IMG/VR virus record: IMGVR_UViG_3300037502_002993
Location: 124,001 to 188,000 of that record
Length of the DNA stretch: 64,000 nt
Direction: 5' to 3' (one strand)
A program made the position numbers and the translations under genes. Within the stretch, counting starts at the first letter, position 1. The number at the start of each line of letters is the position of its first letter. The notes under the pieces were generated by a model that saw only the letters and a program-made list of their open reading frames with translations, ran no database searches and was not told the DNA's origin. Positions 19,379 to 28,610 of the stretch are shown here, piece by piece.

Positions 19379-19786
19379 ATGACACTTAATGCGTTTATGC
19401 AGGCGGTCGAGGAGTACCTGGATCAGTTTCTGTGGCGATTTCGCCAACTGCCCAGTGACGGCAGTGTACTTGTGGTCGATGATCCGGAGACGTCGTTCTC
19501 AGTACGGGGGGCTAACCCCATCAGTAACGTAGCAGTAGCTCGCCCTGCAGGGGTCACTGTGACCACGTTGAAAGCGAATCATGACCGCGTCTATGATCTC
19601 AGCACTAATGAGTTCCATCGCCAGGTAGAAGGCGTATGGGAGGTGATGGACCCTGAGGTAGAGGATGATGTTAACCTGGTCCCCAACTCACTGATCTACT
19701 CCCCGCATGATGGGCGGTTCTACTACGTTGATGAATCCTTTGAATTAACTGACGTTAATCTCACGACCGATACTCCGGGGAACTAA
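19379..19786 (+). CDS. Small structural protein, paralogue of the preceding gene
   Basis: VYDLSTNEF...GVWEV...VPNSLIYSPHDGRFYYV. Confidence 0.6.
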   Translation: MTLNAFMQAVEEYLDQFLWRFRQLPSDGSVLVVDDPETSFSVRGANPISNVAVARPAGVTVTTLKANHDRVYDLSTNEFHRQVEGVWEVMDPEVEDDVNLVPNSLIYSPHDGRFYYVDESFELTDVNLTTDTPGN

Positions 19787-19789
19787 ACC

Positions 19790-20410
19790 ATGCGCTCACC
19801 CGCACCCCCCATCGGCACGCGTGGGCGCTATGAACTAAAAGCGCCCTTTCAGGCACGTCCTGATCGTGTCTACACCTGCAGTGCCATTCGTAAGTTTGTT
19901 GATCTTGAGAACCAAGGGATCAACATCTTTCTCCGTTATTACGACCCTTTGGGATTGGAAGACAGTGACTTTGCTCAGGACAAACGCAACGGAGAGCTTC
20001 TGCTGACCCTTACGTCAGAGACCGAAGCCCCCATCTACGTCCCAACAAGTTATCTTCTCTCCTTTCCCAACCAATCCGGCCGGCGCTATCACCATGTGGT
20101 GCTCTCCGCCTCAATGGGACCGATCCCGGATTATATAGACCTGACTCACGTCAGGGTGGAAATGGCGAATGTCATTTCCGATGCCATTGGTCATGTTCCT
20201 GAAGTACACGTTGGAGTCTCTCCCCTGACACAGGACGTGACCCCTGAGGAGCATGAATCATTGGAGGCGGCGCGGGTTGCTGCCATCACCAATCGTACGA
20301 CGGACTACACCCGCTTCCTTGCGGAGCGACAGAAAGTTGCGCGTTTGGAAGCCAAGCTCGCGGCCCTGGAAGAGATCCTGAGGGTTAATGGTCTCATTCC
20401 ATCCACTTAA
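19790..20410 (+). CDS. Conserved phiKZ-like virion structural protein
   Basis: 206 aa ORF in the structural operon. Confidence 0.6.
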   Translation: MRSPAPPIGTRGRYELKAPFQARPDRVYTCSAIRKFVDLENQGINIFLRYYDPLGLEDSDFAQDKRNGELLLTLTSETEAPIYVPTSYLLSFPNQSGRRYHHVVLSASMGPIPDYIDLTHVRVEMANVISDAIGHVPEVHVGVSPLTQDVTPEEHESLEAARVAAITNRTTDYTRFLAERQKVARLEAKLAALEEILRVNGLIPST

Positions 20411-20456
20411 AGTTCCTGGCCAGGAATTTTGTTTATCCCAAATGGAGAAATCTCCC

Positions 20457-21152
20457 ATGCTGAATGATTGGATCAAGCCGTCTCTGGAAGACAACGGGCA
20501 AGAAATCGACCTGCACAAAGCCAAGAGCGACGGTGACGACGCGGCAAGCTCCCTGAACCACGACATCGACTCTGAGGCTGAGGCGAAGAAGGAAGGCACT
20601 GTTGGGGCTGAGCTGGAACCGGCGTCCACTGGCGTCGATGACACCACCACCAAGAAGCCTGATGACCATCTGGAGGTTAAGGCCTCTAATGAGGATGGTG
20701 ACAAGGAAGCGGGTGACCAGGGTGACCAGCCCAAGGTGGAAGGTGAGCTCGATGCCGGTGGTGATGAAGTGGAAACCGGTGAAGAGACCACCGTGAAAGA
20801 CGGTGAGGAGAACGGCGACGTCGATAATGATGCTGAGCCTGAGGTGAAGGAAGCCGAAGCGGCCATGGAATCCTTCAAGGTCATGCACACGGCCATCGAA
20901 GCGTTCCGGGAGACCCTTGAGGTGACCCATGACCCGCGTGTAGTAGGAGCGATCAAGACTGCGGTTGAAAGCTTCGATGAAGATTTCAGCTGCGACACCG
21001 TGATTCCCTCTGTGGAGCACTTCGGTGATGCCGACAAGCGCGAGCGCGCAGTAGGGATCGCTCGGGAAGGTCTGGAGAAAGCCAGTGAGAAGCTCAAGAC
21101 CTCGATGGAAAACATCGACAAGTTCCTGAAGGTCAAAGGTGTGGTCAAGTAA
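20457..21152 (+). CDS. Inner head (ejection-type) protein with acidic propeptide
   Basis: Acidic N-terminal half; multiple (A/S)-x-E sites (AAMES, TAIEA, TAVES, PSVEH); strong C-ending codon bias. Confidence 0.65.
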   Translation: MLNDWIKPSLEDNGQEIDLHKAKSDGDDAASSLNHDIDSEAEAKKEGTVGAELEPASTGVDDTTTKKPDDHLEVKASNEDGDKEAGDQGDQPKVEGELDAGGDEVETGEETTVKDGEENGDVDNDAEPEVKEAEAAMESFKVMHTAIEAFRETLEVTHDPRVVGAIKTAVESFDEDFSCDTVIPSVEHFGDADKRERAVGIAREGLEKASEKLKTSMENIDKFLKVKGVVK

Positions 21153-21182
21153 CACCACGCTGAAAACACCATGCTGTAGTGA

Positions 21183-21216
21183 CTCGGGGACTCCTTCTTG
21201 GGGTCCCCGTTTTCTT
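21183..21216 (+). terminator. Intrinsic terminator
   Basis: GGGGAC...GTCCCC stem followed by GTTTTCTTT. Confidence 0.75.
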
Positions 21217-21246
21217 TGTTAGCTCTGTGAATGTGGGGATGCGGAA

Positions 21247-22539
21247 ATGAAGAAGGTTGGATTCTGGGCGACCAATGATGTCGCTGAAAAGATCACACAG
21301 GCCAAGCATGTCGCTAATCCCGATGTTGGTATCGAAGATTTCAATGCGGTACTGGCGGATATCGACCGCCTGGAGATGATGGCAACTGCCCTGGAGTCCT
21401 ATGAGGGGATTCTGGAGGCCAGCCTTGAGCGGGGCGGGGCGGATGATGCCACCATCCGTGTGATCAAGACCGCAGTTGAGAGTTTCGATGAGGACCTCGC
21501 TGGTGGGAAGGTCATCCCGTCCATTGAGGCCTTTGGTCAGACCAACTCCCGCAAGGGCGCCACCCTGGTCAGCGTGGAGTCGCTGGGCGACAAGCTGAAG
21601 GCCACGGGGGAGGCCATCAAGAAGGCCATCGCCAAGCTGTTTGATATCCTGCTGGACCTGTGGAACATCCTGACCGATGGTCTTGGTCGTGCTGAGAAAC
21701 GCCTGCTGAAACTGAAGGGTGAGCTGAAGTCCCTTAAGAGCAGTGCAGGTAGCAAGGTGTCGGTGAGCAATCGGCGTTTGATGGCAGAAGGGAAATTCGT
21801 GGGTAATGATCCCGCGTCTATCACCATTCTTCAAGAAGTGGCATCTGACATGTGGGGGGGTTACCTGAAGAACTCTTTGACCGCCGCCAAAGAGTTCGCG
21901 GCGGCAGCCAAGCGCGACGGCGCGCCGTCAAACGTTTTCCTGCATAAGAATCTGACCAGCTCCACCAACACACACTACACAGCGCATGATCGCACACTGC
22001 CGTCATTTGTTCGTCGCCATGCTGATGAGCTGAACTCCACCATCAAAGCATCTAAGGTGCTGCCAGGTGATTATGCGCTGATCGAGTTCCGTCACAAGAC
22101 CAGCACCACCCGCCAAGAAGGGTCAAGTGTCTACTCCTATACAGGCTACGCCAAGAAGGTGATGTTCACGCCGCTGAGCGAGGTGAGTTCTCCCCAGGTC
22201 ATGGAGGTGCCGGTTCCCTCTCGTCACGAAATGGAAGCGGTAGTGGATGCCCTACTTAAGGTCACCGCACTTCGTAAGCAACAGCAGAGTGGTTCCCGCA
22301 CTGCCCGTGAGATCCGTCAAGTATTGTCTGAGGTCTCGCGTAGCTCGGATGATCGAGAAGTGGCCACTCGGGCAATGTTCATGGCCCGTACCTTTACTCA
22401 GCCATCCGGTCAGTTCTCCGCCTACATGGCAAAGACCGTGAATGCCTATGTGAGTCATCTTCGCGCGATGGTGGAGGTTCATGAGACCTCAGGTAGTGCG
22501 GTGACCACCAGTACACCCACGAGTGTTGTTCCAGCGTAA
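21247..22539 (+). CDS. Inner head protein (phiKZ gp93/gp162-type paralogue family)
   Basis: TALES, ASLER, TAVES, PSIEAF, VSVES protease-type sites; shares IKTAVESFDED..VIPS.E.FG with the upstream gene. Confidence 0.7.
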   Translation: MKKVGFWATNDVAEKITQAKHVANPDVGIEDFNAVLADIDRLEMMATALESYEGILEASLERGGADDATIRVIKTAVESFDEDLAGGKVIPSIEAFGQTNSRKGATLVSVESLGDKLKATGEAIKKAIAKLFDILLDLWNILTDGLGRAEKRLLKLKGELKSLKSSAGSKVSVSNRRLMAEGKFVGNDPASITILQEVASDMWGGYLKNSLTAAKEFAAAAKRDGAPSNVFLHKNLTSSTNTHYTAHDRTLPSFVRRHADELNSTIKASKVLPGDYALIEFRHKTSTTRQEGSSVYSYTGYAKKVMFTPLSEVSSPQVMEVPVPSRHEMEAVVDALLKVTALRKQQQSGSRTAREIRQVLSEVSRSSDDREVATRAMFMARTFTQPSGQFSAYMAKTVNAYVSHLRAMVEVHETSGSAVTTSTPTSVVPA

Positions 22540-22550
22540 CTGTGCGTTAG

Positions 22551-22590
22551 GTCATAAGTGCCCTCCCGCTCGGGAGGGCGTTTTATGCCG
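22551..22590. terminator. Bidirectional hairpin flanked by CATA/TATGCCG
   Basis: GCCCTCCC-GCTC-GGGAGGGC then TTTTATGCCG at a convergent junction. Confidence 0.8.
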
Positions 22591-22594
22591 TTCC

Positions 22595-23599
22595 CTACAG
22601 GTTAGGGGCACTGACACTGTTACTGGCCACCAACCTCACGCAGTTGATGGTTTGTGCCGTAACCGTACCACTGAAGGTCAGGCTACCGTCGAAGGTGCCA
22701 TTACCACTAATGTGGATATCACCACCTCCTCCTCCACCTCCGCCAACGGACATGTTCCCTCCAACTCCTAAATTAGCCCCTACATTGAGATTCCCACTGT
22801 AAGAGCTATTAGGTGACGTGTGGCTAATCTCACTGGCCTCACTGGTAATGCTGCTTGCTTTACTGCTGATGGTGGGCGCCTCCATGTAGATCTGATTCCC
22901 TGCTTTAAGGGTGATCCCCGTACCCGCGGTAAGGTCGATGTTGGTGGGGGCTTTGATCAGGATGTTCTTTCGATCCAATCGATAGTGACTGCCATCTGCA
23001 TTTTTCATCTCCCAGAGACCCGACCCACTGTTAAGGTAGAGATGATCACCGATATCGTCCTCCAGCACAAACTCACCCGTCCCCGTGTTAAACTGCGCGG
23101 TATACGCAAAAGGCTCTCCATTCGCCTTGGAGGTCCCTAAGGTGACCATCTTGTCATGGGAAGAGACTTCGATGAAATAGCATTTACTGATATCCAATCC
23201 CTCACTATTAGGATTAGGATCGGCACTGATGGCAAAGATCACAGTTTCTAAGCGCCGTAAGTCATCGCGTAGTCCCAAGCACTCCCAGAAGTAGCGATCT
23301 GAATCCGCCATGCGGTAGATCAAGATCGGCTCTCCACGGCGGATGTCCGGAGGGGTTACGCGGTTACTGCCAAAGGGTAGCCATTCGGCGTTCAGCGATA
23401 CGTCCTTGTTGACCGCGACCTCGTAAGGGTCGCCCTTACTGTCGACACCACTGAAGGTCTCTCGTTGGGGGTTAAAGTTAATCTCTCCATCCAAGGCTGG
23501 AAGGGCCTCTGTCGGTGTGATGTTTAAGTGACGTGCGCTGCGGGGTTTATTCTCAGCCGCGATGCCCAGTGAGTATGGGCGCAGTTGACTGGTTTGCAT
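22595..23599 (-). CDS. Baseplate central spike-like protein (phiKZ gp164-like)
   Basis: N-terminal OB-like part, then beta-helix-like repeats (INLxAG, ITLKAG), Gly run and HISGNGTFDGSLTFSG; adjacent to sbcC as in phiKZ. Confidence 0.6.
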   Translation of the reverse strand: MQTSQLRPYSLGIAAENKPRSARHLNITPTEALPALDGEINFNPQRETFSGVDSKGDPYEVAVNKDVSLNAEWLPFGSNRVTPPDIRRGEPILIYRMADSDRYFWECLGLRDDLRRLETVIFAISADPNPNSEGLDISKCYFIEVSSHDKMVTLGTSKANGEPFAYTAQFNTGTGEFVLEDDIGDHLYLNSGSGLWEMKNADGSHYRLDRKNILIKAPTNIDLTAGTGITLKAGNQIYMEAPTISSKASSITSEASEISHTSPNSSYSGNLNVGANLGVGGNMSVGGGGGGGGDIHISGNGTFDGSLTFSGTVTAQTINCVRLVASNSVSAPNL

Positions 23600-23655
23600 T
23601 GAGGAATACTCCTGAACAAGATACCATGTCTAAGACCATGCAATAGGAGAGGTCA

Positions 23656-26142
23656 GTGTTCATTACACGACTGCGACTTGAAGGGTATAAGCGGTTGATG
23701 CTTGCTTCTATCAAGGTATTTGAGATTACCCCTCGCCACAGTTTACAGATCATTCTGGGTACAAATGGGTCGGGAAAATCTTCCGTGTTGGAGGAGATGT
23801 CCCCCGTTCCCGGGAACAAAGGGGACTATATCAAAGGGGGAAAGAAGATCTTCGAGTGTCAACACAATGGACATGCCTACGTACTAACCAGCCATTATGT
23901 CCATGGTAGTGGGAAGCACTCCTTTCTCAAGGACGGAGAAGAACTCAACAAAGGGGAAACCCTTCAGATTCAAAAAGAGCTCGCCTTTCAAGAGTTTGGC
24001 CTTAACAAAGAACGCTTAGATGTTCTACTGGGCATTACCCGTTTTACCTCCATGAGCGTGGCCAAGAGGCGGGAGTGGCTGACGGAGTTAAGTCCGGTGG
24101 ACCTCAATTACGCCTTTTCCATTCTGAAGACCGTTAAAGGAGCCAAACGGGATGCTGATGGGGTGGTCAAGCACACCGCACAGCGCATCCATCGGGAAGC
24201 CCAGGACTTTCCTGGTGAGAGTGAACGTCAAGCGCTGAAACAGCGGGTTGCGAAACTCACCGAGCAGCTTAACTTACTGTTTCAACACAGTCGAGTGCAG
24301 GGGCAGGGCACCACGTACACGCATATGTCCTTTGTGGACTCCCTTACATCGTCCTGTGAGGCCCTCAAGGGCATTTTAAAGGGTTACCCAGAGCTACCCC
24401 CCACCCTTCAGGTGAAAACCGCCCAGGAGGCCTCTGAGGCTGTTTTAGGCCTATCTAGGGATTACGGCCATCTAGCGGAACAACTGAAAGCCAAACAAGC
24501 GCAGTATCTGGAGTTAGAGAAACAACAACCCCAGGACCAGGTGACTTACACCGCTGAAGACATTGCGTCGCTGAAAACACGCAAGGAGGAACTAAGACGT
24601 ACATTAGAGGCATTACCGACCCCTTCAGGTACGGAACACTTCCCTCTGATTGAGCTCTCTGACTTCCCCGACGCCTCTAGCTACCTTAAAGGAGTGTTGG
24701 ATGAGTGGGAGGGGCTGATGGTGACCATTCCTGATAATAGCACTGGGCGCTTCTCTCGTGAGTTGTTACAACGCACAGTAGAGCGTCACCGAGCGCTATC
24801 GGCCATGAACAGCCAAAAAGAGGACCGCTGTGTTACCATCCGACGGCGCATGCAAAGCCTAAAGGCCTGTGAGGCCGTGGAGTGTCCTAAGTGTCAGCAC
24901 AGTTTCCGTCCTGGGGTCGACCCGAATGAAGTGGCGGCATTAAAAGCCGAATACAAAACCCTCATCGAAACCCTAGAGAAGGACAAGGTGGCGGTAGAGA
25001 AAGACCAGGGGTACATCGAGGCATGTCAAGAGTACCTGGAGTACCGCAAACGCTTCCATCACCTTAGTCGCATGCACCCGCGCCTGAGGGACTTCTTTGT
25101 GGTGTGGGTCGAGAAAGGGTTAATCCAAGCCCCTCTTACTTATCAGTCCGAGTATGCCCAGTGGCGAGAGCAGATGTTCCTCGCCTTAAAGCGGGCAGGG
25201 GAGGAGAAGGCCCTCAAGACGGTAAGTGAACAGCTGAAGATGGCGGAAGACACTCAGCGCTACCAGAACCATCACCTGAAACAACAACTTAACCACCTCC
25301 AGGGGGAGATTGAAACCCTCACAGGTCGAGTGAGGGATGTTCAACAGCAACATCAAGCACTCAAGCGGACGGTGGAGCACATGCGTCAGCATGAAGGCCG
25401 ACTCAACCATGCGATTCGTGAACTGGAAGTGCTGTTGACTGCCCCACCACAACTACTGGAGTCCTCTCTGGTACAGTTGGTACAAGAGCGCATTAAAGAA
25501 CTCCAACTGCAGCTTGCACAAGCCCAGGAACGTTTGTCTAAGTCTGACATTCAGGAGGGCATCCTCCGTGATCTAGAGGCGCAGCATCAAGCGGTGCTGG
25601 AGTCTCAGGGGGACTATGCATTACTGGTGAAAACCATGAGTCCCAATGAAGGGTTGATTGGTCGTTACCTGATGGGCTTCATGCAGATTGTGGTAAAGTT
25701 CATGAATGCCGTGATCGCACGCGTATGGACCCACTCCCTGGAGATCCTTCCCTCTAAGGTAGACCGAGATGAGCTGGATTACCGGTTTCCCTTAGACGTG
25801 CAGAACGGAGCGGTCACTCCACCCGATATTGCATTGGGGAGCAGTGCTCAGCGTGATATCGTAGATTTTGCCTTTCGTCTGCTGATGATGAAGTTCCTCA
25901 AAATCGAACACCTGCCCTTGTACTTGGATGAGATGGGGAACATGTTCGATGAAGAACACCGGGTTAACCTCGTTCGTTTGATCGAGAACATGTTGGAGGT
26001 AGGACACACCTCACAGGTGTTCTTTATCTCCCACTACATGTCCACTCACGGGGCATTGGAGAAAGCAGCAGACGTCTGTGTGGTGGACGACACCAACATC
26101 ACTGTCCCACAACGCTACAACGAACACGTCATTATTCAGTAA
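23656..26142 (+). CDS. sbcC: SbcC/Rad50-like SMC ATPase (phiKZ gp165-like)
   Basis: GTNGSGKSS Walker A, central CPKC zinc hook within coiled coil, LGSSAQ signature, LYLDE Walker B, FISH. Confidence 0.92.
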   Translation: MFITRLRLEGYKRLMLASIKVFEITPRHSLQIILGTNGSGKSSVLEEMSPVPGNKGDYIKGGKKIFECQHNGHAYVLTSHYVHGSGKHSFLKDGEELNKGETLQIQKELAFQEFGLNKERLDVLLGITRFTSMSVAKRREWLTELSPVDLNYAFSILKTVKGAKRDADGVVKHTAQRIHREAQDFPGESERQALKQRVAKLTEQLNLLFQHSRVQGQGTTYTHMSFVDSLTSSCEALKGILKGYPELPPTLQVKTAQEASEAVLGLSRDYGHLAEQLKAKQAQYLELEKQQPQDQVTYTAEDIASLKTRKEELRRTLEALPTPSGTEHFPLIELSDFPDASSYLKGVLDEWEGLMVTIPDNSTGRFSRELLQRTVERHRALSAMNSQKEDRCVTIRRRMQSLKACEAVECPKCQHSFRPGVDPNEVAALKAEYKTLIETLEKDKVAVEKDQGYIEACQEYLEYRKRFHHLSRMHPRLRDFFVVWVEKGLIQAPLTYQSEYAQWREQMFLALKRAGEEKALKTVSEQLKMAEDTQRYQNHHLKQQLNHLQGEIETLTGRVRDVQQQHQALKRTVEHMRQHEGRLNHAIRELEVLLTAPPQLLESSLVQLVQERIKELQLQLAQAQERLSKSDIQEGILRDLEAQHQAVLESQGDYALLVKTMSPNEGLIGRYLMGFMQIVVKFMNAVIARVWTHSLEILPSKVDRDELDYRFPLDVQNGAVTPPDIALGSSAQRDIVDFAFRLLMMKFLKIEHLPLYLDEMGNMFDEEHRVNLVRLIENMLEVGHTSQVFFISHYMSTHGALEKAADVCVVDDTNITVPQRYNEHVIIQ

Positions 26143-26151
26143 GGGGAACCC

Positions 26152-26574
26152 ATGAAGATCCAGTGGCCATGTTGGTTACACGCTCTTAAGTCCTGGGAGT
26201 TAGTGGATCAATATTACCAGATCACTGAGAAAGGCAAGTGGCACAAAGCCGGGGAGTGGTACCGTCCTGATGTGCACGACTGGCAACAGGACATTCACTT
26301 TGAACGTAAGGTGTCAGTGTGGCGCACTCACCTCATGGTGGCGCGCGTTGAGCGGGTGGGGCAGTTGGTGTATCGCAGACGGGCACTTAAGTGGTGCCCG
26401 CTGTTCTCCAGGAAAGACCGATTCATCCACGTGAGGGTCATTGAAAAGGCTTATGGGGACGCTGTGCTGGAAGAAGGGGTCTCCATGTCACTGCCTTTAC
26501 TTCGAGGCCTCACCGTGGTGGAGTCGGTTAAGTGCGGTCTACAGTACCGCTATCATTGGAACCTTAAAGTATAG
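26152..26574 (+). CDS. Hypothetical protein
   Basis: 140 aa, AAGGGG SD. Confidence 0.6.
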   Translation: MKIQWPCWLHALKSWELVDQYYQITEKGKWHKAGEWYRPDVHDWQQDIHFERKVSVWRTHLMVARVERVGQLVYRRRALKWCPLFSRKDRFIHVRVIEKAYGDAVLEEGVSMSLPLLRGLTVVESVKCGLQYRYHWNLKV

Positions 26575-26588
26575 TAAGGAGTTTAATC

Positions 26589-27173
26589 ATGAAAGTCAAT
26601 ACGTTAGGTCAGTCGATCATCAGTGAGGCTGTGGAGATTATAGCTAAAGCACATGGTGGGGAAGTGGGGGCAATTCAACTTCAAGTAAGTAATCCCATCG
26701 AAGTGAAATTTGTGGAAGAGAGCTTTGACCTCCTGCCCGATGAGGTGGTGGAGCATGTACGTGGTGAATACCTTAAGGCAGCGACTGAGGGAAGTGCTGG
26801 CATTGATCTGCGCTATCTGGGAGCCGAACCTTTGGTATTGGCTCCGGGTGAAACACGCTTAATTCCTACGGGACTTGCGATCTTCCTTCGCGATCCTGAA
26901 TATGTCGGGAAGGCCTACCCCCGCAGTGGACTTGGTGTGAAAGGACTGGTGCTCGGGAACCTAACAGGCATCATCGACTCCGACTATCAGCAAGAAATTA
27001 AACTTTGTCTGTGGAACCGCAATCCTGAAGGAGGTCAGGTGTTTGAGATTAACCCCGGTGAACGCGTAGCTCAGTACGTGATAGAACGTAAAGTGATTGT
27101 GAACTTCGAAATAGTGGAAGGGTTTAGTAGTAATACAGGGCGTGGTGGATTTGGTAGCAGTGGCCTGAAGTAA
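26589..27173 (+). CDS. dut: Trimeric dUTPase
   Basis: SAGIDL, PRSGLG, GIIDSDYQ, GERVAQ, RGGFGSSG: all five dUTPase motifs. Confidence 0.96.
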   Translation: MKVNTLGQSIISEAVEIIAKAHGGEVGAIQLQVSNPIEVKFVEESFDLLPDEVVEHVRGEYLKAATEGSAGIDLRYLGAEPLVLAPGETRLIPTGLAIFLRDPEYVGKAYPRSGLGVKGLVLGNLTGIIDSDYQQEIKLCLWNRNPEGGQVFEINPGERVAQYVIERKVIVNFEIVEGFSSNTGRGGFGSSGLK

Positions 27174-27175
27174 AT

Positions 27176-27215
27176 GACATAAAGTCCCCCTCCCACTGTG
27201 GGAGGGGGCTATGCC
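27176..27215. terminator. Bidirectional hairpin flanked by GACATA/TATGCC
   Basis: CCCCCTCCC-ACTGT-GGGAGGGGG at a convergent junction. Confidence 0.8.
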
Positions 27216-27244
27216 ATCATCTATTTTTTCAACGCGTTTCGTCC

Positions 27245-27487
27245 GGGCGTTACCATCCCTCAACGCGTATTCTCATTAGACCACGGGGGTCAAAGCGGCA
27301 CGCCCCCACTGGTGGGCGGTGTGAGTGCCCATCAGTTGTCTAAGATGGGGACGAGTACCGCTCTCCCCCAGTGGTGGGCGGTCCGTGTGACGGTGGCGTT
27401 ATACCGGCACGAGGACTGCACGCCTCCATCGGTGAGCGGTGTGAGTGCCCATCAGTTGTCTAAGATGGGGACGAGTACCGCTCTCCA
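27245..27487 (-). repeat. Array of four hairpin units (A-B-A-D) encoding alternative C-terminal tails
   Basis: On the minus strand A and B are identical to locus 1; the last unit (27276..27308) reads WGRAALTPVV*. Confidence 0.85.
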
Positions 27488-28288
27488 ACCAAAATGCGAA
27501 TTCGTACCCGAAGAGGTACTGCGACCCAAGAACGTAACACCAGAAAGACCACGATGCACGCGCTGGGTGCTGGTGGCGGTGGTTTCTTGACACCAGTTGG
27601 CGCGACCATTGTCGGTACCACGTAATACCAAATCACTGTCACTGTACTGCGCCCAGGCGCCGAAAGGCGCGGCAGTGGGGTCGGTGTGCACCGTGGGGTT
27701 ACTGGTGTCGGTGTGCACACCGGAGTGGATGGGGTACAACAACCGGTTCCACTCCGACCCGTGGCTGGTGGGGAGGTCCCAACCCGTGGCATCGGTGGTG
27801 GGGTCGGAGGCAGCACCGCGCAGCAGGCGGACCTGGTAGGTGAGTCCATCAATCTCCACAGTGTTGGTCCCAAAGACCAGGCCCGCCGCGTGCAACTGGT
27901 CCCACGACACACTGTGTCGTCCCGGTTTCTTCATGACGTACAGCGGGGACCCGTCAAGGGAGAACTTGAGCCACGCCGACTCGGCATCATGTTGCAGGGT
28001 CCCCGCGGAGAGCCCTACTAGGGTACTCAGGGTACCGTAGGAGATCAACTCTTCAGGAGTAGTTTCACCGTAGAACCCCGCCTGGAGGTCTCCTCCAATC
28101 AAGGTTTGGGGACCCGGTCCCGTAAATACCGGCTCATACGCCCTAGTCCCCAGGATTTCAAAACCACCCTGTATGTCGTCGAGGTGAAAGCGTAACGCTT
28201 TCTTCTCTAAATCGACAGCCATCATCCCTTCAGGTAGATTGAGTGTGTTGTTAAAGGCGGTATCGCCATGAGTAAGTTTTGTCTTCAT
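27452..28288 (-). CDS. Mtd-like receptor-binding protein, paralogue 2 (DGR-type target)
   Basis: 278 aa; near-identical core to paralogues 1 and 3; divergent N-terminus; GGAGGA SD. Confidence 0.75.
   Translation of the reverse strand: MKTKLTHGDTAFNNTLNLPEGMMAVDLEKKALRFHLDDIQGGFEILGTRAYEPVFTGPGPQTLIGGDLQAGFYGETTPEELISYGTLSTLVGLSAGTLQHDAESAWLKFSLDGSPLYVMKKPGRHSVSWDQLHAAGLVFGTNTVEIDGLTYQVRLLRGAASDPTTDATGWDLPTSHGSEWNRLLYPIHSGVHTDTSNPTVHTDPTAAPFGAWAQYSDSDLVLRGTDNGRANWCQETTATSTQRVHRGLSGVTFLGRSTSSGTNSHFGWRAVLVPILDN
27485..27559 (-). repeat. DGR-like variable region VR2
   Basis: See VR1 alignment. Confidence 0.8.
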
Positions 28289-28348
28289 GTTTCCTCCATA
28301 AAAAGAGCACGAGGACCTTTAGGGGTCCTCGCTTATGCCTTTTTGAAA

Positions 28349-28588
28349 TTAACCCTGACGGGCACGATACACCAACACGCCCAACTCCACCATGGCATTG
28401 ATTGCCGATTGCGTCAGCTGTGGATCGCGCTCTTTGATGGCCCGGTACACAAAGCCGCGTTTGGCCATGTTGTTGGTGTGTTCGGCATCGGCTTGAATGA
28501 CCAGAGCGAGGATGTCACGAAAGCGGGTGTGGTCGGCAAGAAGCGCCACCAGTAGACGCAGTGCAGCCTGCAGCAGTAGGGTTTTCAT
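28349..28588 (-). CDS. Small hypothetical protein
   Basis: 79 aa, AAGGA SD. Confidence 0.6.
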   Translation of the reverse strand: MKTLLLQAALRLLVALLADHTRFRDILALVIQADAEHTNNMAKRGFVYRAIKERDPQLTQSAINAMVELGVLVYRARQG

Positions 28589-28610
28589 TTAAAGGTTCCT
28601 TTTGGTTAGG

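Noticed and set aside
20258-21834. Minus-strand ORFs of 229-304 aa opposite the inner-head genes
   Set aside because: Same shadow effect; low-complexity Ser-rich or nonsensical translations.
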